A stretch of 62,393 nt of DNA from Candidatus Binatia bacterium (GCA_046757585.1 JBHHYR010000002.1:1-62393); one strand, 5' to 3'. Positions 46,304 to 55,994 are shown, counted from the stretch's first letter. Notes: generated by a model not told the origin, from the sequence alone. A program made the numbers and translations.

Positions 46304-47311
46304 ATGCGAGATGGCATTGTCTTGGTCACCGGGGGAGCCGGGTACATCGGCTCCCATCTGCTCCGTCAGCTATTGCAGCGGGGATATCAAGTGCGCGTCC
46401 TCGATAAGTTCCTGTACGGGGAGCATGGCATTGCCGAACTGCGCGGGAATCCGAACCTCGAGGTGCGCTACGGTGACATCTGCAACATCCGGGATGTCGT
46501 GCAAGCAGTCAACGGTGTACGGACGGTCGTCGCCCTGGCTGCGCTGGTCGGCGATGCCGCCTGTGACCTGGATCCCCGAGAAGCACTGACAACGAACTTT
46601 GAGGCAACGCGTTGTTTACTGGAGAGCTGCCGTGAAGCCGGAGTGGAACGTGTGGTGTTTGCATCGTCGTGCAGTGTGTACGGCGCCAACGGCAACGAGC
46701 TGCTCCACGAGACTTCGTATCTCAACCCCGTCTCTCTCTATGCGCGCACCCGTATCATGTCGGAAGAGGTGCTGTTGCAAGAGCGCGGTCCCGTTGAAGT
46801 CGTCGTCCTGCGCCTGTCAACTGTATGCGGCTTGTCGCCCCGGATGCGCTTCGATCTCATGGTCAATACGATCACCGCCCGGGCCAGCGTCGAGGGACGG
46901 GTGCGTATCGTTGGCGCCAATCAATGGCGCCCGCATATACACGTGCAGGACGCTGCCCGGGCCTTCCTGTGCGCGGTCGAGGCGCCGTCTCAGGCTACGG
47001 CTGAACGGGTGTTCAACGTCGGTGCGGAGGGCCTCAATTTTACCGTGGGGGAAATCGCCGAGAAGGTAGTGCAGCAGATTCCAGGCACGGTTGTCGAGTA
47101 CTTCGACCGGATCGAGGACAAGCGTAGTTACCGGGTGGCCTTCGACCGCATCCGTGAGGAGCTGGGATTCGTGCCACTGCGCTCGGTCGACGACGCCATC
47201 CGCGAGGTCCGTACGATGCTGCAAACCGGTGAAGTGGGCGATTACGCTGATGACGTGTACCACAACGTCAAGTTTCTCCGACACTACAAGGGCCGTCGTG
47301 GGCCGAGGTGA
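46304..47311 (+). CDS. extended-SDR NAD-dependent epimerase/dehydratase-like protein with YxxxR in place of YxxxK
   Basis: Strong RBS GGAAGGAGGG. VLVTGGAGYIGSHL. The catalytic-tyrosine region reads SLYARTRIMSE. Confidence 0.8.
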   Translation: MRDGIVLVTGGAGYIGSHLLRQLLQRGYQVRVLDKFLYGEHGIAELRGNPNLEVRYGDICNIRDVVQAVNGVRTVVALAALVGDAACDLDPREALTTNFEATRCLLESCREAGVERVVFASSCSVYGANGNELLHETSYLNPVSLYARTRIMSEEVLLQERGPVEVVVLRLSTVCGLSPRMRFDLMVNTITARASVEGRVRIVGANQWRPHIHVQDAARAFLCAVEAPSQATAERVFNVGAEGLNFTVGEIAEKVVQQIPGTVVEYFDRIEDKRSYRVAFDRIREELGFVPLRSVDDAIREVRTMLQTGEVGDYADDVYHNVKFLRHYKGRRGPR

Positions 47312-48411
47312 ACGCCGGGACGTGCGCGCCGATGAAGACAGCAACCCACTTCCGGGTTGCACTTGTGGGTTGCGGTCGGATCGCCCACGTACACTGCCGG
47401 TACCTACGTCAGATGTCACAGGTGCTGCTGGTCGGGGCGTGCGATCGCAGCCGCGCAGCGCGAGAGGCGTTGACCGCCCGCTGGCAAGTGCCCACATATG
47501 CCGATATCGACGAGCTGTTGAGCGCGGCTCAGCCGGATGTTGTTCACGTCGTGACACCGCCGGCAACACACGCCGTCCTGGCGCAGCGCCTGCTCGACGC
47601 TCGGGTCCATGTGCTGGTCGAAAAGCCCATGGCTCTCACGGTGGCCGATGCCGATGCCATGCTTGCAGCCGCCCGGCGGGCCGGCAGGCACCTCACCGTC
47701 GACCACAACCGCTGGTTCGATCCCGTTGTCCAGCGGGCGCGGTCGTTGCTGGAGGCGGGGCGGCTGGGGACGCTCGTCGGTGTCGAAGTGTTCCAGGGGG
47801 CAGCGGTTGAGACGGAGCTGCGAGCAACACAAGCCGGACATTGGAAAAACTCCCTGCCCGGCGGCAGCCTGTACGATCTTGCGCCCCATCCCTGCTATCT
47901 GTTGCGCAACTTCGTGGGAAGGATCGCCGACGTGCAAGTGGTCACCCGCGCCGATCCAGGTCGACGATTGCGCGAGCTGCGTGCCGTTGTCGATGGCGAG
48001 CAGGCGCTTGGTGTTCTGACCATTTCCCTCGAGGCAGCTCCATTCATGAACCGGGTAACGCTGTTCGGCACGACCATGAGCGCGGAGGTCAATCTGAACA
48101 ACATGACGCTGGTGCTGCGCCGTACCCACCGGGTTCCCAAGCTCATCGGCAAGGTATTGCCCAATGTCGATGAGGCACTGCAGCTGCTGAGGGCCACGCT
48201 GCTCAACGGTTTCGAGTTCATCCGCGGCCGGCAACGCTACTATCCCGGTATGGGCGTTCACTTGCGCCTGTTGTACGGCGCCTTGGCAGCCGGCCAGCCC
48301 CCGCCAGTGCGCGCGGAAGACGGCCGCGAGGCCGTGTGGCTCGTCCAACAGATCTGGGAGCGGGCGGGGGTGACCATCACCGCCCCGTCGCGACGGATGG
48401 CACGCGCGTGA
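47308..48411 (+). CDS. Gfo/Idh/MocA-family oxidoreductase
   Basis: N-terminal Rossmann segment FRVALVGCGRIAH and the EKP motif HVLVEKPMAL. The start overlaps the upstream stop. Confidence 0.85.
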   Translation: MNAGTCAPMKTATHFRVALVGCGRIAHVHCRYLRQMSQVLLVGACDRSRAAREALTARWQVPTYADIDELLSAAQPDVVHVVTPPATHAVLAQRLLDARVHVLVEKPMALTVADADAMLAAARRAGRHLTVDHNRWFDPVVQRARSLLEAGRLGTLVGVEVFQGAAVETELRATQAGHWKNSLPGGSLYDLAPHPCYLLRNFVGRIADVQVVTRADPGRRLRELRAVVDGEQALGVLTISLEAAPFMNRVTLFGTTMSAEVNLNNMTLVLRRTHRVPKLIGKVLPNVDEALQLLRATLLNGFEFIRGRQRYYPGMGVHLRLLYGALAAGQPPPVRAEDGREAVWLVQQIWERAGVTITAPSRRMARA

Positions 48412-49418
48412 AGGCGTTGGTGACCGGCGGCAACGGGTTCCTGGGTAGGAGCATCGTGCGCCGTTTGTTGCGCGACGGGGTGAGCGTGCGTGCGCTGCTA
48501 CGGGCCGGCCGCTCGCTCGACATCCCTGGGGTGGACGTGTGCGAAGGGGACATTTGCGATGATGCTGCGGTGGAAACGGCGGTTCGCGGGGTCGACTGGG
48601 TTGTCCATGCGGCGGCGCGCGTCCAGACGTCTGGGGTGTGGGAGGAGTTCGCCGAGGTCAATGTCCGTGGGACGCGGCGACTCATCTGCGCGGCACACGC
48701 GGCCCAGGTACGGCGTATCGTCCACATCAGTTCGCTGAGCGTGTATGCGGTGCCACGTGATGGCGTGACGATTACTGAAGAGAGCCCATACGAGAGTGAA
48801 GCTGAGACACGCGGTGGCTATAGCCGGTCGAAACTAGCTGCGGACCGCTTGGCCCTCGACGCAGCGCAACGCGGGGCGCCTGTGGTAGTTTTGCGCCCCG
48901 GCCTGCTCTACGGCCCTGGTAAACGGCCACCGCTGGCCCGGCGGGCGTTGAGCGTCGGCCGGTTCAAGCTGATTTTGGCGAGGCCCGACTATCGATTACC
49001 GCTCGCCTACGTCGATAACGTTGCTGACGCGGTATCGCTGGCGGTGCGTACCGAGGCCGCTCTGGGCCGTGCCGTGACGCTCGTCGATGAAAACGTCCGT
49101 CAAGCCGAGTATCTTGCGCAGTATCGTGCGGCGTCGGGCGAAACCTGGCGTGCCTTGTTCCTACCGGTGGGTGCCGTTGCACTCTTGGCCCTGGTGACGG
49201 AACGTGGATTTCGGGTGCTCGGGCGCCGCCCACCCGTCAGCTACCATCAGGTCTGCCGTGCGACGTACAGCGCACGTTACGATTGTTCACGCGCCGCGCA
49301 CCTCCTGGGCTGGCATCCGGCGGTCAGCGTGCAGGAAGGCTTGCGGCGCAGTTTCGCCTCCCTGCGTCCAGCGGCCCAGAAGGCCAGTGCACCGGCAATA
49401 GTAGGCCTGATGTCATGA
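48408..49418 (+). CDS. NAD-dependent epimerase/dehydratase (3-beta-HSD-like extended SDR)
   Basis: GTG start overlaps the upstream stop (GTGA). KALVTGGNGFLGRSI. Catalytic YSRSK. Confidence 0.8.
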   Translation: MKALVTGGNGFLGRSIVRRLLRDGVSVRALLRAGRSLDIPGVDVCEGDICDDAAVETAVRGVDWVVHAAARVQTSGVWEEFAEVNVRGTRRLICAAHAAQVRRIVHISSLSVYAVPRDGVTITEESPYESEAETRGGYSRSKLAADRLALDAAQRGAPVVVLRPGLLYGPGKRPPLARRALSVGRFKLILARPDYRLPLAYVDNVADAVSLAVRTEAALGRAVTLVDENVRQAEYLAQYRAASGETWRALFLPVGAVALLALVTERGFRVLGRRPPVSYHQVCRATYSARYDCSRAAHLLGWHPAVSVQEGLRRSFASLRPAAQKASAPAIVGLMS

Positions 49419-50215
49419 CGCCGATCGATCAGCCGCCCGCCCTGAAGCACTACTACCAGGATCGAGCCGTTGTCGATTCGTATACCGAGCGCCGCATCGG
49501 CCAACCGCTGAACGGCTTACTGCATCGTCGTCAGGTGGAGTTTCTCAACCGCATGGTAGGCGAGCGGTCGCCGCACACGTTGCTGGAAGTCGCCTGCGGG
49601 CCCGGCCGCTTGACGGCGGAGATTCGCGGCGTGCGGCGCGGTATCGCCGTCGACGCCAGCCCCGCGATGCTCGAGGTTGCTGGGCAGCGGACCAACGGGG
49701 CCACGGCACACTGGTCGTTCGTGCGCACGGACGCATTTGTGCTGCCCTTCCGTTCGGAAGCATTCGATGCCGCCTACACGCTGCGCTTCATTCGCCACTT
49801 CCAGCTGGAGGACCGGCACCGTCTCTATACGGAGGTCCACCGCGTATTGCGGCGGCGGGGGGTTTTCGTGATCGATGCACTCAACCGCGACGTCTCGCTC
49901 CCCTATCGGCGCAAGCGTGGCCTCGACCGGTATCCCATTTACGACGCTCTATACCGCCGAGAAGAAATCGAAGCGGAGCTGCGCTCGGCGGGGTTTCGAG
50001 TCGTCTGCGTGGAGGGACTGATCAAGCACTATCCGGTGCAGCGTCTGTTCAACCGGCTGCGCCGCGTGAAGCTCGACCGTATCGCGACCGCCGTCATTGC
50101 GTCGATCGAACACCTGCCAGGGAGGCATCCGTCGAGCTGGATGTTGCTATGCGAAAAGGAAGGTGACTCGGGTACGACACCGTCGGCTGCTCTGACGGGC
50201 TGCGGGGGGTCGTGA
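49415..50215 (+). CDS. class I SAM-dependent methyltransferase
   Basis: ATG overlaps the upstream stop (ATGA). Motif I LLEVACGPGRL, and FDAAYTLRFIRHF. Confidence 0.8.
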   Translation: MTPIDQPPALKHYYQDRAVVDSYTERRIGQPLNGLLHRRQVEFLNRMVGERSPHTLLEVACGPGRLTAEIRGVRRGIAVDASPAMLEVAGQRTNGATAHWSFVRTDAFVLPFRSEAFDAAYTLRFIRHFQLEDRHRLYTEVHRVLRRRGVFVIDALNRDVSLPYRRKRGLDRYPIYDALYRREEIEAELRSAGFRVVCVEGLIKHYPVQRLFNRLRRVKLDRIATAVIASIEHLPGRHPSSWMLLCEKEGDSGTTPSAALTGCGGS

Positions 50216-50245
50216 TTCTCGGCGGTGAAGCATGAGGAGTCTCGG

Positions 50246-51562
50246 ATGACGACGACAGCACGACCGCAACGTAAACGAACCGCCGCGCGCGACATCCACG
50301 CACTCAGGCGCAACGGCGTCGGCCGCGTACACCTGAAATGCGCCCGCTGCGGTTACGAGGTGGCGTACGCGCGGCGCGAGGAAAAATGTGAGGCGTGCGG
50401 CTGGGAGTGGCTGGATCTGGTGTATCGGGGCGTCACGCGTGACGACATCATCAACGACAGCGACGCCTTGGGACGGGGCTCAATGTGGCGCTACCGGAGG
50501 TTGCTTCCGATCGAGGATGATCGCCACATCGTGAGCATGGGCGAGGGCATGACACCGCTGCTGCACGGGGCGAAATTCGGCGCACGTTTGGGCCTGCACC
50601 ACGTCTACATCAAAGACGAACGTCCCTCGGCGACCGGCTCGTTCAAAGATCGCGCCGCCTCGATTTGTATCAGCAACTGGGTTGAGCTGGGGATCAAGGA
50701 GATGGCTGTCAGTTCGACGGGCAACGTCGCGGCGTCTTTTGCCGCGTACAGCGCGCGGGCCGGAATCCAGCTGTGGATCTTCATGCCTGAGAAGGTCAAC
50801 GCAACGAAATATACTGAGGTGCTCTTCTACGGACAGAACGTCATCAAAGTTGAGGGCACGTATGACCAGGCGGGCATCATGGCGAAGCGGTTTGCGCAGG
50901 ACAAAGGCATACCCGTTGATCCGGGAATTCGCAGTCCCTTTCGTCGCGAATCGATGAAATCCCTGGCGTTTGAAATCGCCGAAGATCTGAACTGGGACGT
51001 GCCCGATTGGTACGTGCAGGCAGTCAGTGGCGGGATCGGGCCGCTGGGCGTGTGGAAGGGCTTCCAAGAGCTCTACGCATTAGGCCTGACGCACAAGATG
51101 CCAAAGATCGCCTGCATCCAGGCCTCCGGATGTGCGCCAATGGCGCAGGCATTTCTGCTCGATAGCGATGAGATCCTCGAGGTGACACCGCATACCGAAA
51201 TCGAGACCCTGACGACCGGGCGCCCCGCAGGGTATCCGCTCATCTACAAGGTCGTGAAGGAAAGCGGAGGACACATCGGCTCGGTCGACGATGACGAGGC
51301 CTTCCGCGCACAGGAGTTGCTAGCGCAATCGGAGGGCATCTTTGCGGAGTCGGCAGCAGCGGTCGCAGCCGGGGGACTGGTTCGGATGGCGAACGAAGGA
51401 CTCATCAAGCCCGACGAAACCGTCGTGTGCGTGTGTTCCGGCAAGGGCCTGCGCGACATCGGTTTCGTGCGCCGGCGCATGAAACAGTCGGTCTTCATCA
51501 GCTTGCCCGGCGAGTGCGCGGACTTTTCCACGATTCGGATGCATCGTGACCGAGCAAGATGA
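50246..51562 (+). CDS. threonine-synthase-like PLP-dependent (fold type II) enzyme with an N-terminal zinc ribbon
   Basis: GAGGAG lies 6 nt upstream of ATG 50246. Zn ribbon: CARCGY...CEACGW. PLP-lysine motif TGSFKDRAAS. The GGIGP loop reads SGGIGPLG. Confidence 0.8.
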   Translation: MTTTARPQRKRTAARDIHALRRNGVGRVHLKCARCGYEVAYARREEKCEACGWEWLDLVYRGVTRDDIINDSDALGRGSMWRYRRLLPIEDDRHIVSMGEGMTPLLHGAKFGARLGLHHVYIKDERPSATGSFKDRAASICISNWVELGIKEMAVSSTGNVAASFAAYSARAGIQLWIFMPEKVNATKYTEVLFYGQNVIKVEGTYDQAGIMAKRFAQDKGIPVDPGIRSPFRRESMKSLAFEIAEDLNWDVPDWYVQAVSGGIGPLGVWKGFQELYALGLTHKMPKIACIQASGCAPMAQAFLLDSDEILEVTPHTEIETLTTGRPAGYPLIYKVVKESGGHIGSVDDDEAFRAQELLAQSEGIFAESAAAVAAGGLVRMANEGLIKPDETVVCVCSGKGLRDIGFVRRRMKQSVFISLPGECADFSTIRMHRDRAR

Positions 51563-51589
51563 GCATGTGCGTGACGGAAGGTGTTGGGT

Positions 51590-52969
51590 ATGGACAGCCG
51601 ATTCAGTGATTTCATTGGTGCAGATGAGCAGGGGCACCTGTGGGTCGACCGTTGCCCAGCCGCAGACCTCGTGCAACGGTTCGGGTCTCCGCTCTACGTG
51701 ACGTCCGAAGCGCAGATCCGGCACAACTACCGCCGGTTCCTCAAGGCGTTCACCGACCGTTATCCGGACAACCGGATCATCGTCTTGTACGCGTTGAAGG
51801 CGAACAACAACCTCGCGATCCGCAGAATCTTCTACCAGGAAGGGGCGGGGTGCGACTGCTTTGGCGTAGCGGAGCTGTGGGCGACGTTCGCGGGTGGGGC
51901 CGATCCGGCAACGGTGGTGCTGAACGGTTCCAACAAACCTGAGGACGAGCTGCGAGAGGCAGTCAGGTTGGGGGTAACCGTAACCGTGGACAGCTTCGAG
52001 GAACTCGGAATGCTGAACGGGATCGCCGGGGCGGTGGGCCGCAAGGTCCGCATCCATGTCCGCTTGAAGCCGCGGCTGGAGGGCTGCGATGGTGTCTACG
52101 GGATGTTCTCGGACACCGTCGAAGTTGCGCGAGTGATCGAAACTTGGAAATGGGGCATGACATTCGCCGAAGCCTTGGCCACGGTGCAGCGTGCGCTTGA
52201 GTTGCCGTGGATCGAGCTGGTGGGTCTGCACTGTCACATCGGCCGGCAGACGGGCGAGCCGTCGCCGTACCGGGCGCAAGTGCGGGCTGTGGTGGAGCAG
52301 GCGGCAGCACTGTATGAGAAAACGCGCTGGCGGGCGCGCGTCTTTGACCTCGGTGGCGGTTTCGCACATGGGCGCGACCCCGAGGGACGACACAGCGTCG
52401 CGCACGTACCGCCGATTGAAGAATTCGCCGAAACCCTGACGTCCGCCCTGCGTGCCGAACTGGCCCGGCACCGCTTCCCGCCGCCTGCGCTCGAGTTCGA
52501 GCCCGGCCGGTTCCTGATCGGCAATACGACCGTGTTGCTCGGCACCGTCGGGGTGGTCAAGCGGACACCTGAGCTTGGGCGTGTGTGGGTACATGTCGAC
52601 TGCAGCAGCAATCAGCTCACGCGCATCATGAGCCGTGGAGATTACTACCACATCGTCGCTGCGCAGAAGCTGAACGATCCAGCCACCGAGGAGGTCGATG
52701 TGGTGGGTCCGCTCTGTATGCCGGATGTACTCGGTAGCCGGCGGAAGCTGCCTGCGCTGCACCGCGGCGATCTCGTTGCAGTGCTGGACGCTGGCATGTA
52801 CGCCGAAACGACCTCGAGTCAGTTCAACGGGCAGCCACGTCCGGCCACGGTGCTAGTGCACGGGGACGAGGCGGAGATCATCAAAACCGCAGAAACCATC
52901 GAAGACGTGTTCGCCCACCACCGGGTTCCGCAGCGGCTGGGGGGATTGGATCGGCGGCCGTCGCCGTGA
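51590..52969 (+). CDS. Orn/DAP/Arg-decarboxylase-family (fold type III) PLP decarboxylase
   Basis: FGSPLYVTSE, PLP-Lys YALKANNN, HCHIGRQ, DLGGGF, EPGRFL, GPLCMPDVL. Start placed at ATG 51590 (GGAAGGTG upstream); the ORF track start is GTG 51581. Confidence 0.85.
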   Translation: MDSRFSDFIGADEQGHLWVDRCPAADLVQRFGSPLYVTSEAQIRHNYRRFLKAFTDRYPDNRIIVLYALKANNNLAIRRIFYQEGAGCDCFGVAELWATFAGGADPATVVLNGSNKPEDELREAVRLGVTVTVDSFEELGMLNGIAGAVGRKVRIHVRLKPRLEGCDGVYGMFSDTVEVARVIETWKWGMTFAEALATVQRALELPWIELVGLHCHIGRQTGEPSPYRAQVRAVVEQAAALYEKTRWRARVFDLGGGFAHGRDPEGRHSVAHVPPIEEFAETLTSALRAELARHRFPPPALEFEPGRFLIGNTTVLLGTVGVVKRTPELGRVWVHVDCSSNQLTRIMSRGDYYHIVAAQKLNDPATEEVDVVGPLCMPDVLGSRRKLPALHRGDLVAVLDAGMYAETTSSQFNGQPRPATVLVHGDEAEIIKTAETIEDVFAHHRVPQRLGGLDRRPSP

Positions 52970-54531
52970 CCGCCGACCGCATGGCCGAAGCGGTCGCGGT
53001 CCTGAAAGCACTCAGCTCGGACGGCACCGTTCCCAGGTCTGATCTACCCTACGACGAGGTGCTCGCTGCACCGCAGCGATATCTCGGCCCGTTCTCTGCG
53101 CTCCCCGCTTCCTTGCAGCTGTATCTGATACGGTTCTATCGGACGGAAGAGGAAGTCCGGACGCTTGCCAGCGGGCCGCTGTCGCACAGCCTGATCTGTG
53201 GCGGTGCCGTGCTCAGCCGCATCCTCTACCGTAGCGAGCACCTCGCCGCACGGGTGCAAGCGCGGACACGGGAGCCGTGGAAAGGGCGTGCCGGCCGGGT
53301 CCGGCGGTGGCTCCGGCGGACGGCGCGGCAGTCCACCCACCTACCCTTCATCCTGCGCCGGTGGCTGCATCGCGCAGGCGCCTGGCTCCGCTTGCATACG
53401 GGACGTCCGCAGTTGGCGACGGTTCTCCGCGCCTCCGGCTTCGACGATCGACCGCTGGGGGCAGGGTATCTCGACGGCCTACGGCAGCTCCCCGGTTGTA
53501 TTTCGGTTCTGAAGCGACCCCAGGCCGCGGTGACCTACGCACAGCTGGTCGGCCTCGACTTCGTGCGCTCAGGGGGGATCCACTGGTTTCTCGAGGCGAA
53601 CTGCAATCCTGTCCTCATGGATGCCCGCCTCGCCCTGCACACCCCCGGTGGGGATCCGTGGGTGAACAACATGCTTCGTTGCGTGCTCACCCGTGGGTAT
53701 CGGCGCCTGATCACCTACGGATATCGGCCGTTTCCGCACGGGCATGGTGTGGCCCTGATCGAGGCGGGTCGCCGCCTCGGTGTTGATGTCAAACTCATCG
53801 ACGATTTCTTCTTCCGCCGCCATCCCGGTCACGAACGTGCATGGTTGATGCACAATGGAGCCTCGGACGCTTTCGTCGTGCGCGCCAAGACCTTCGACGT
53901 GCTCTTTGACCGCGCGGTCTTGTCGAAACAGCAGACGCGGCAGATCATCGATCAAGCGCCCGTTGATTGGGCGGCGGCCGGGGTTGCTCTACCTCCCCTC
54001 GTATGTCCGGGCCAGCAGGCGCCGCATTACCAGCCCGATTCTCGCTTCCCCAACATCGTCGCCAAGCGTGATGACTTGGACCGTGGAGCTGGCGTGTCCT
54101 TCTACAAACTCCCGCGCGTACCCGCGAAGGCGGACTGCGACGCCGATTATTTCGAGGAGTACCGCGTGCCCGATCCGTGTCCGTTCCAGATCGTCCGGGG
54201 ACAGCAACGTGCCCTTCCGGGCGGTGCTCAGAACGCTTGGAAGATCCGGAGCTATGCGCTGCTCACGCCTGAGGGGGCCGAATACCTCTCGTCGATCAAG
54301 GTCATTTCGGGCGTGCGCGTTCCGGATCATCTGCCGGACGGGAGAGTCGCGCGGAAAAATATCTACTTGGCCACCATTAACGAGGGAGGGGTGTACAGTG
54401 CGGTGACATCGGACGAGGAGGAGGTCTACCGGCGGATCGTCACGGTGGTGGGTGGGGCGTTGCTGCATTGGTTGAGGCTGAAGCATGGACCGGACTTCAA
54501 CGACCATGCCGGCGAATCACTCACACGATGA
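52966..54531 (+). CDS. hypothetical protein with ATP-grasp-like segments (sugar-transfer-associated ATP-grasp type)
   Basis: GTG overlaps the upstream stop (GTGA). The segment VGLDFVRSGGIHWFLEANCNP resembles the Mg/ATP-binding end of an ATP-grasp fold. A second region, PNIVAKRDDLDRGAGVSFYKLP...YFEEYRVPD...WKIRSYALL, resembles the central ATP-grasp strands. Confidence 0.55.
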   Translation: MTADRMAEAVAVLKALSSDGTVPRSDLPYDEVLAAPQRYLGPFSALPASLQLYLIRFYRTEEEVRTLASGPLSHSLICGGAVLSRILYRSEHLAARVQARTREPWKGRAGRVRRWLRRTARQSTHLPFILRRWLHRAGAWLRLHTGRPQLATVLRASGFDDRPLGAGYLDGLRQLPGCISVLKRPQAAVTYAQLVGLDFVRSGGIHWFLEANCNPVLMDARLALHTPGGDPWVNNMLRCVLTRGYRRLITYGYRPFPHGHGVALIEAGRRLGVDVKLIDDFFFRRHPGHERAWLMHNGASDAFVVRAKTFDVLFDRAVLSKQQTRQIIDQAPVDWAAAGVALPPLVCPGQQAPHYQPDSRFPNIVAKRDDLDRGAGVSFYKLPRVPAKADCDADYFEEYRVPDPCPFQIVRGQQRALPGGAQNAWKIRSYALLTPEGAEYLSSIKVISGVRVPDHLPDGRVARKNIYLATINEGGVYSAVTSDEEEVYRRIVTVVGGALLHWLRLKHGPDFNDHAGESLTR

Positions 54532-55994
54532 GTGTAAACCCGGACGGTGTCCGAGGAGGGAAACCGGACACGGTTGTAGCGGGAGCGGGCAATACGGTCG
54601 CCCCAGCTCACGACGTGCGCCCGGACGGTACCCTACCGCGCGATCGCAGCCTCACCCAGGACATATTTGGCACGTACAGTACGCGCCTCCTGATCATAGG
54701 GCTCAGCGTGATCACGGGTGTGATCACCGCCCGGATGCTTGGGCCACACAATCGTGGCGTGTTCGCGCTGGTCTACCAGTTTGCGGCGACGGTGGTGACT
54801 TTTGCGAAGATGGGTCTGGCCCAGTCGAGTGTCTACAGCATCCGGCGCGAGCGGGTGGGGGCCGAGCGAGTCGCTGCAAATGCCCTGTGCGTCGCACTCG
54901 TGCTCGGTCTCGCGTCGGCCCTGCTCGCCTTCGGCTTGCGGCACCGCCTGCTGGCAACAATGTTGCGCGGCGTGCCACAGTGGGCCCTGCTGATCTCCTT
55001 GCCAGTTATTCCGATCCTTCTGTTCGAAAGCTACTTCTACGCCATCCTGCAGGCACTCGGCAAATTCGGTTTGTACAACCGGCGGATGCTGATCGGCACG
55101 GTCTCGTTGGTACTTGGCCTGTTCACATTTCTCGTCGTGATACGCGGCGGTCTGGAAGCCGCGATCCTGGTTGTGGTGTGCAATCCCATCTTGATGGACG
55201 CCTGGCTCCTGGTGACGATGCACCGGATGTTTCCGTTGTCTGTACGTCCCGAGATGCCTCTGTTGTGGCGACAGGTGCGCTTCGGTGTGAAGTCGCACGC
55301 CCAGGTGCTTGCCCAGCATATGCATCTGCGGGCCGATGTGTATCTCGTGGCGTACTTTCTCAACCCTGCCCAAGTGGCGTTCTATATTCTGGCGGTTCGC
55401 TTGGCGGAGTTCATGCTCGACATCCCACGCACTGTCAGCATGGCCCTGTACCCGCGGCTCGCGTCTCTTGACGACCGGGCGATGCATCGCCTCACGGCGC
55501 AGGCTTGTCGACGGACGATATTGCTGACCACGGTTGGGGGGACACTCCTCAGCGTCGCTGGCCCGATGTTGATCGTGCTGTGGTATGGATACGCCTATGC
55601 GCCAGCCGGGCGGCCTCTGCCGTTGATTGCTGCCGGGATTGTGATGTTGTCGGTCTTCGTTTCGTTGACCCAGAGCTTCACCAGCCGCAACCGACAGCAG
55701 ATCAACATCATTGCGGGCCTGATCGCCCTAGTGGGTAACATCACGCTCAACGTGTTTCTGATTCCCGCCATGGGCATTCTCGGTGCCGCGCTATCCAGTG
55801 CCATCTCGTACGGGGTTGCATCGGCGTTGTTGCTGGCGTTTTTTGTCCGCGCCTCCGGTCTCTCCGTGGCGGAGGTTCTGATCCCCCAAGGGGACGACTT
55901 GCGCTACTTCTGGAATCTCCTGACCGGGCTGATGAATCGGAGCATGGCCGTGAGTGCCCGCTGGGCCGCTGCTCGGAGGAGAACGCTGCCGTGA
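54528..55994 (+). CDS. polysaccharide flippase (Wzx/MOP superfamily)
   Basis: ATG overlaps the upstream stop (ATGA). About 12-14 TM helices across 488 aa. The N-terminal pattern IFGTYSTRLLIIGLSVITGVITARMLGP is typical of Polysacc_synt proteins. Confidence 0.8.
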   Translation: MSVNPDGVRGGKPDTVVAGAGNTVAPAHDVRPDGTLPRDRSLTQDIFGTYSTRLLIIGLSVITGVITARMLGPHNRGVFALVYQFAATVVTFAKMGLAQSSVYSIRRERVGAERVAANALCVALVLGLASALLAFGLRHRLLATMLRGVPQWALLISLPVIPILLFESYFYAILQALGKFGLYNRRMLIGTVSLVLGLFTFLVVIRGGLEAAILVVVCNPILMDAWLLVTMHRMFPLSVRPEMPLLWRQVRFGVKSHAQVLAQHMHLRADVYLVAYFLNPAQVAFYILAVRLAEFMLDIPRTVSMALYPRLASLDDRAMHRLTAQACRRTILLTTVGGTLLSVAGPMLIVLWYGYAYAPAGRPLPLIAAGIVMLSVFVSLTQSFTSRNRQQINIIAGLIALVGNITLNVFLIPAMGILGAALSSAISYGVASALLLAFFVRASGLSVAEVLIPQGDDLRYFWNLLTGLMNRSMAVSARWAAARRRTLP

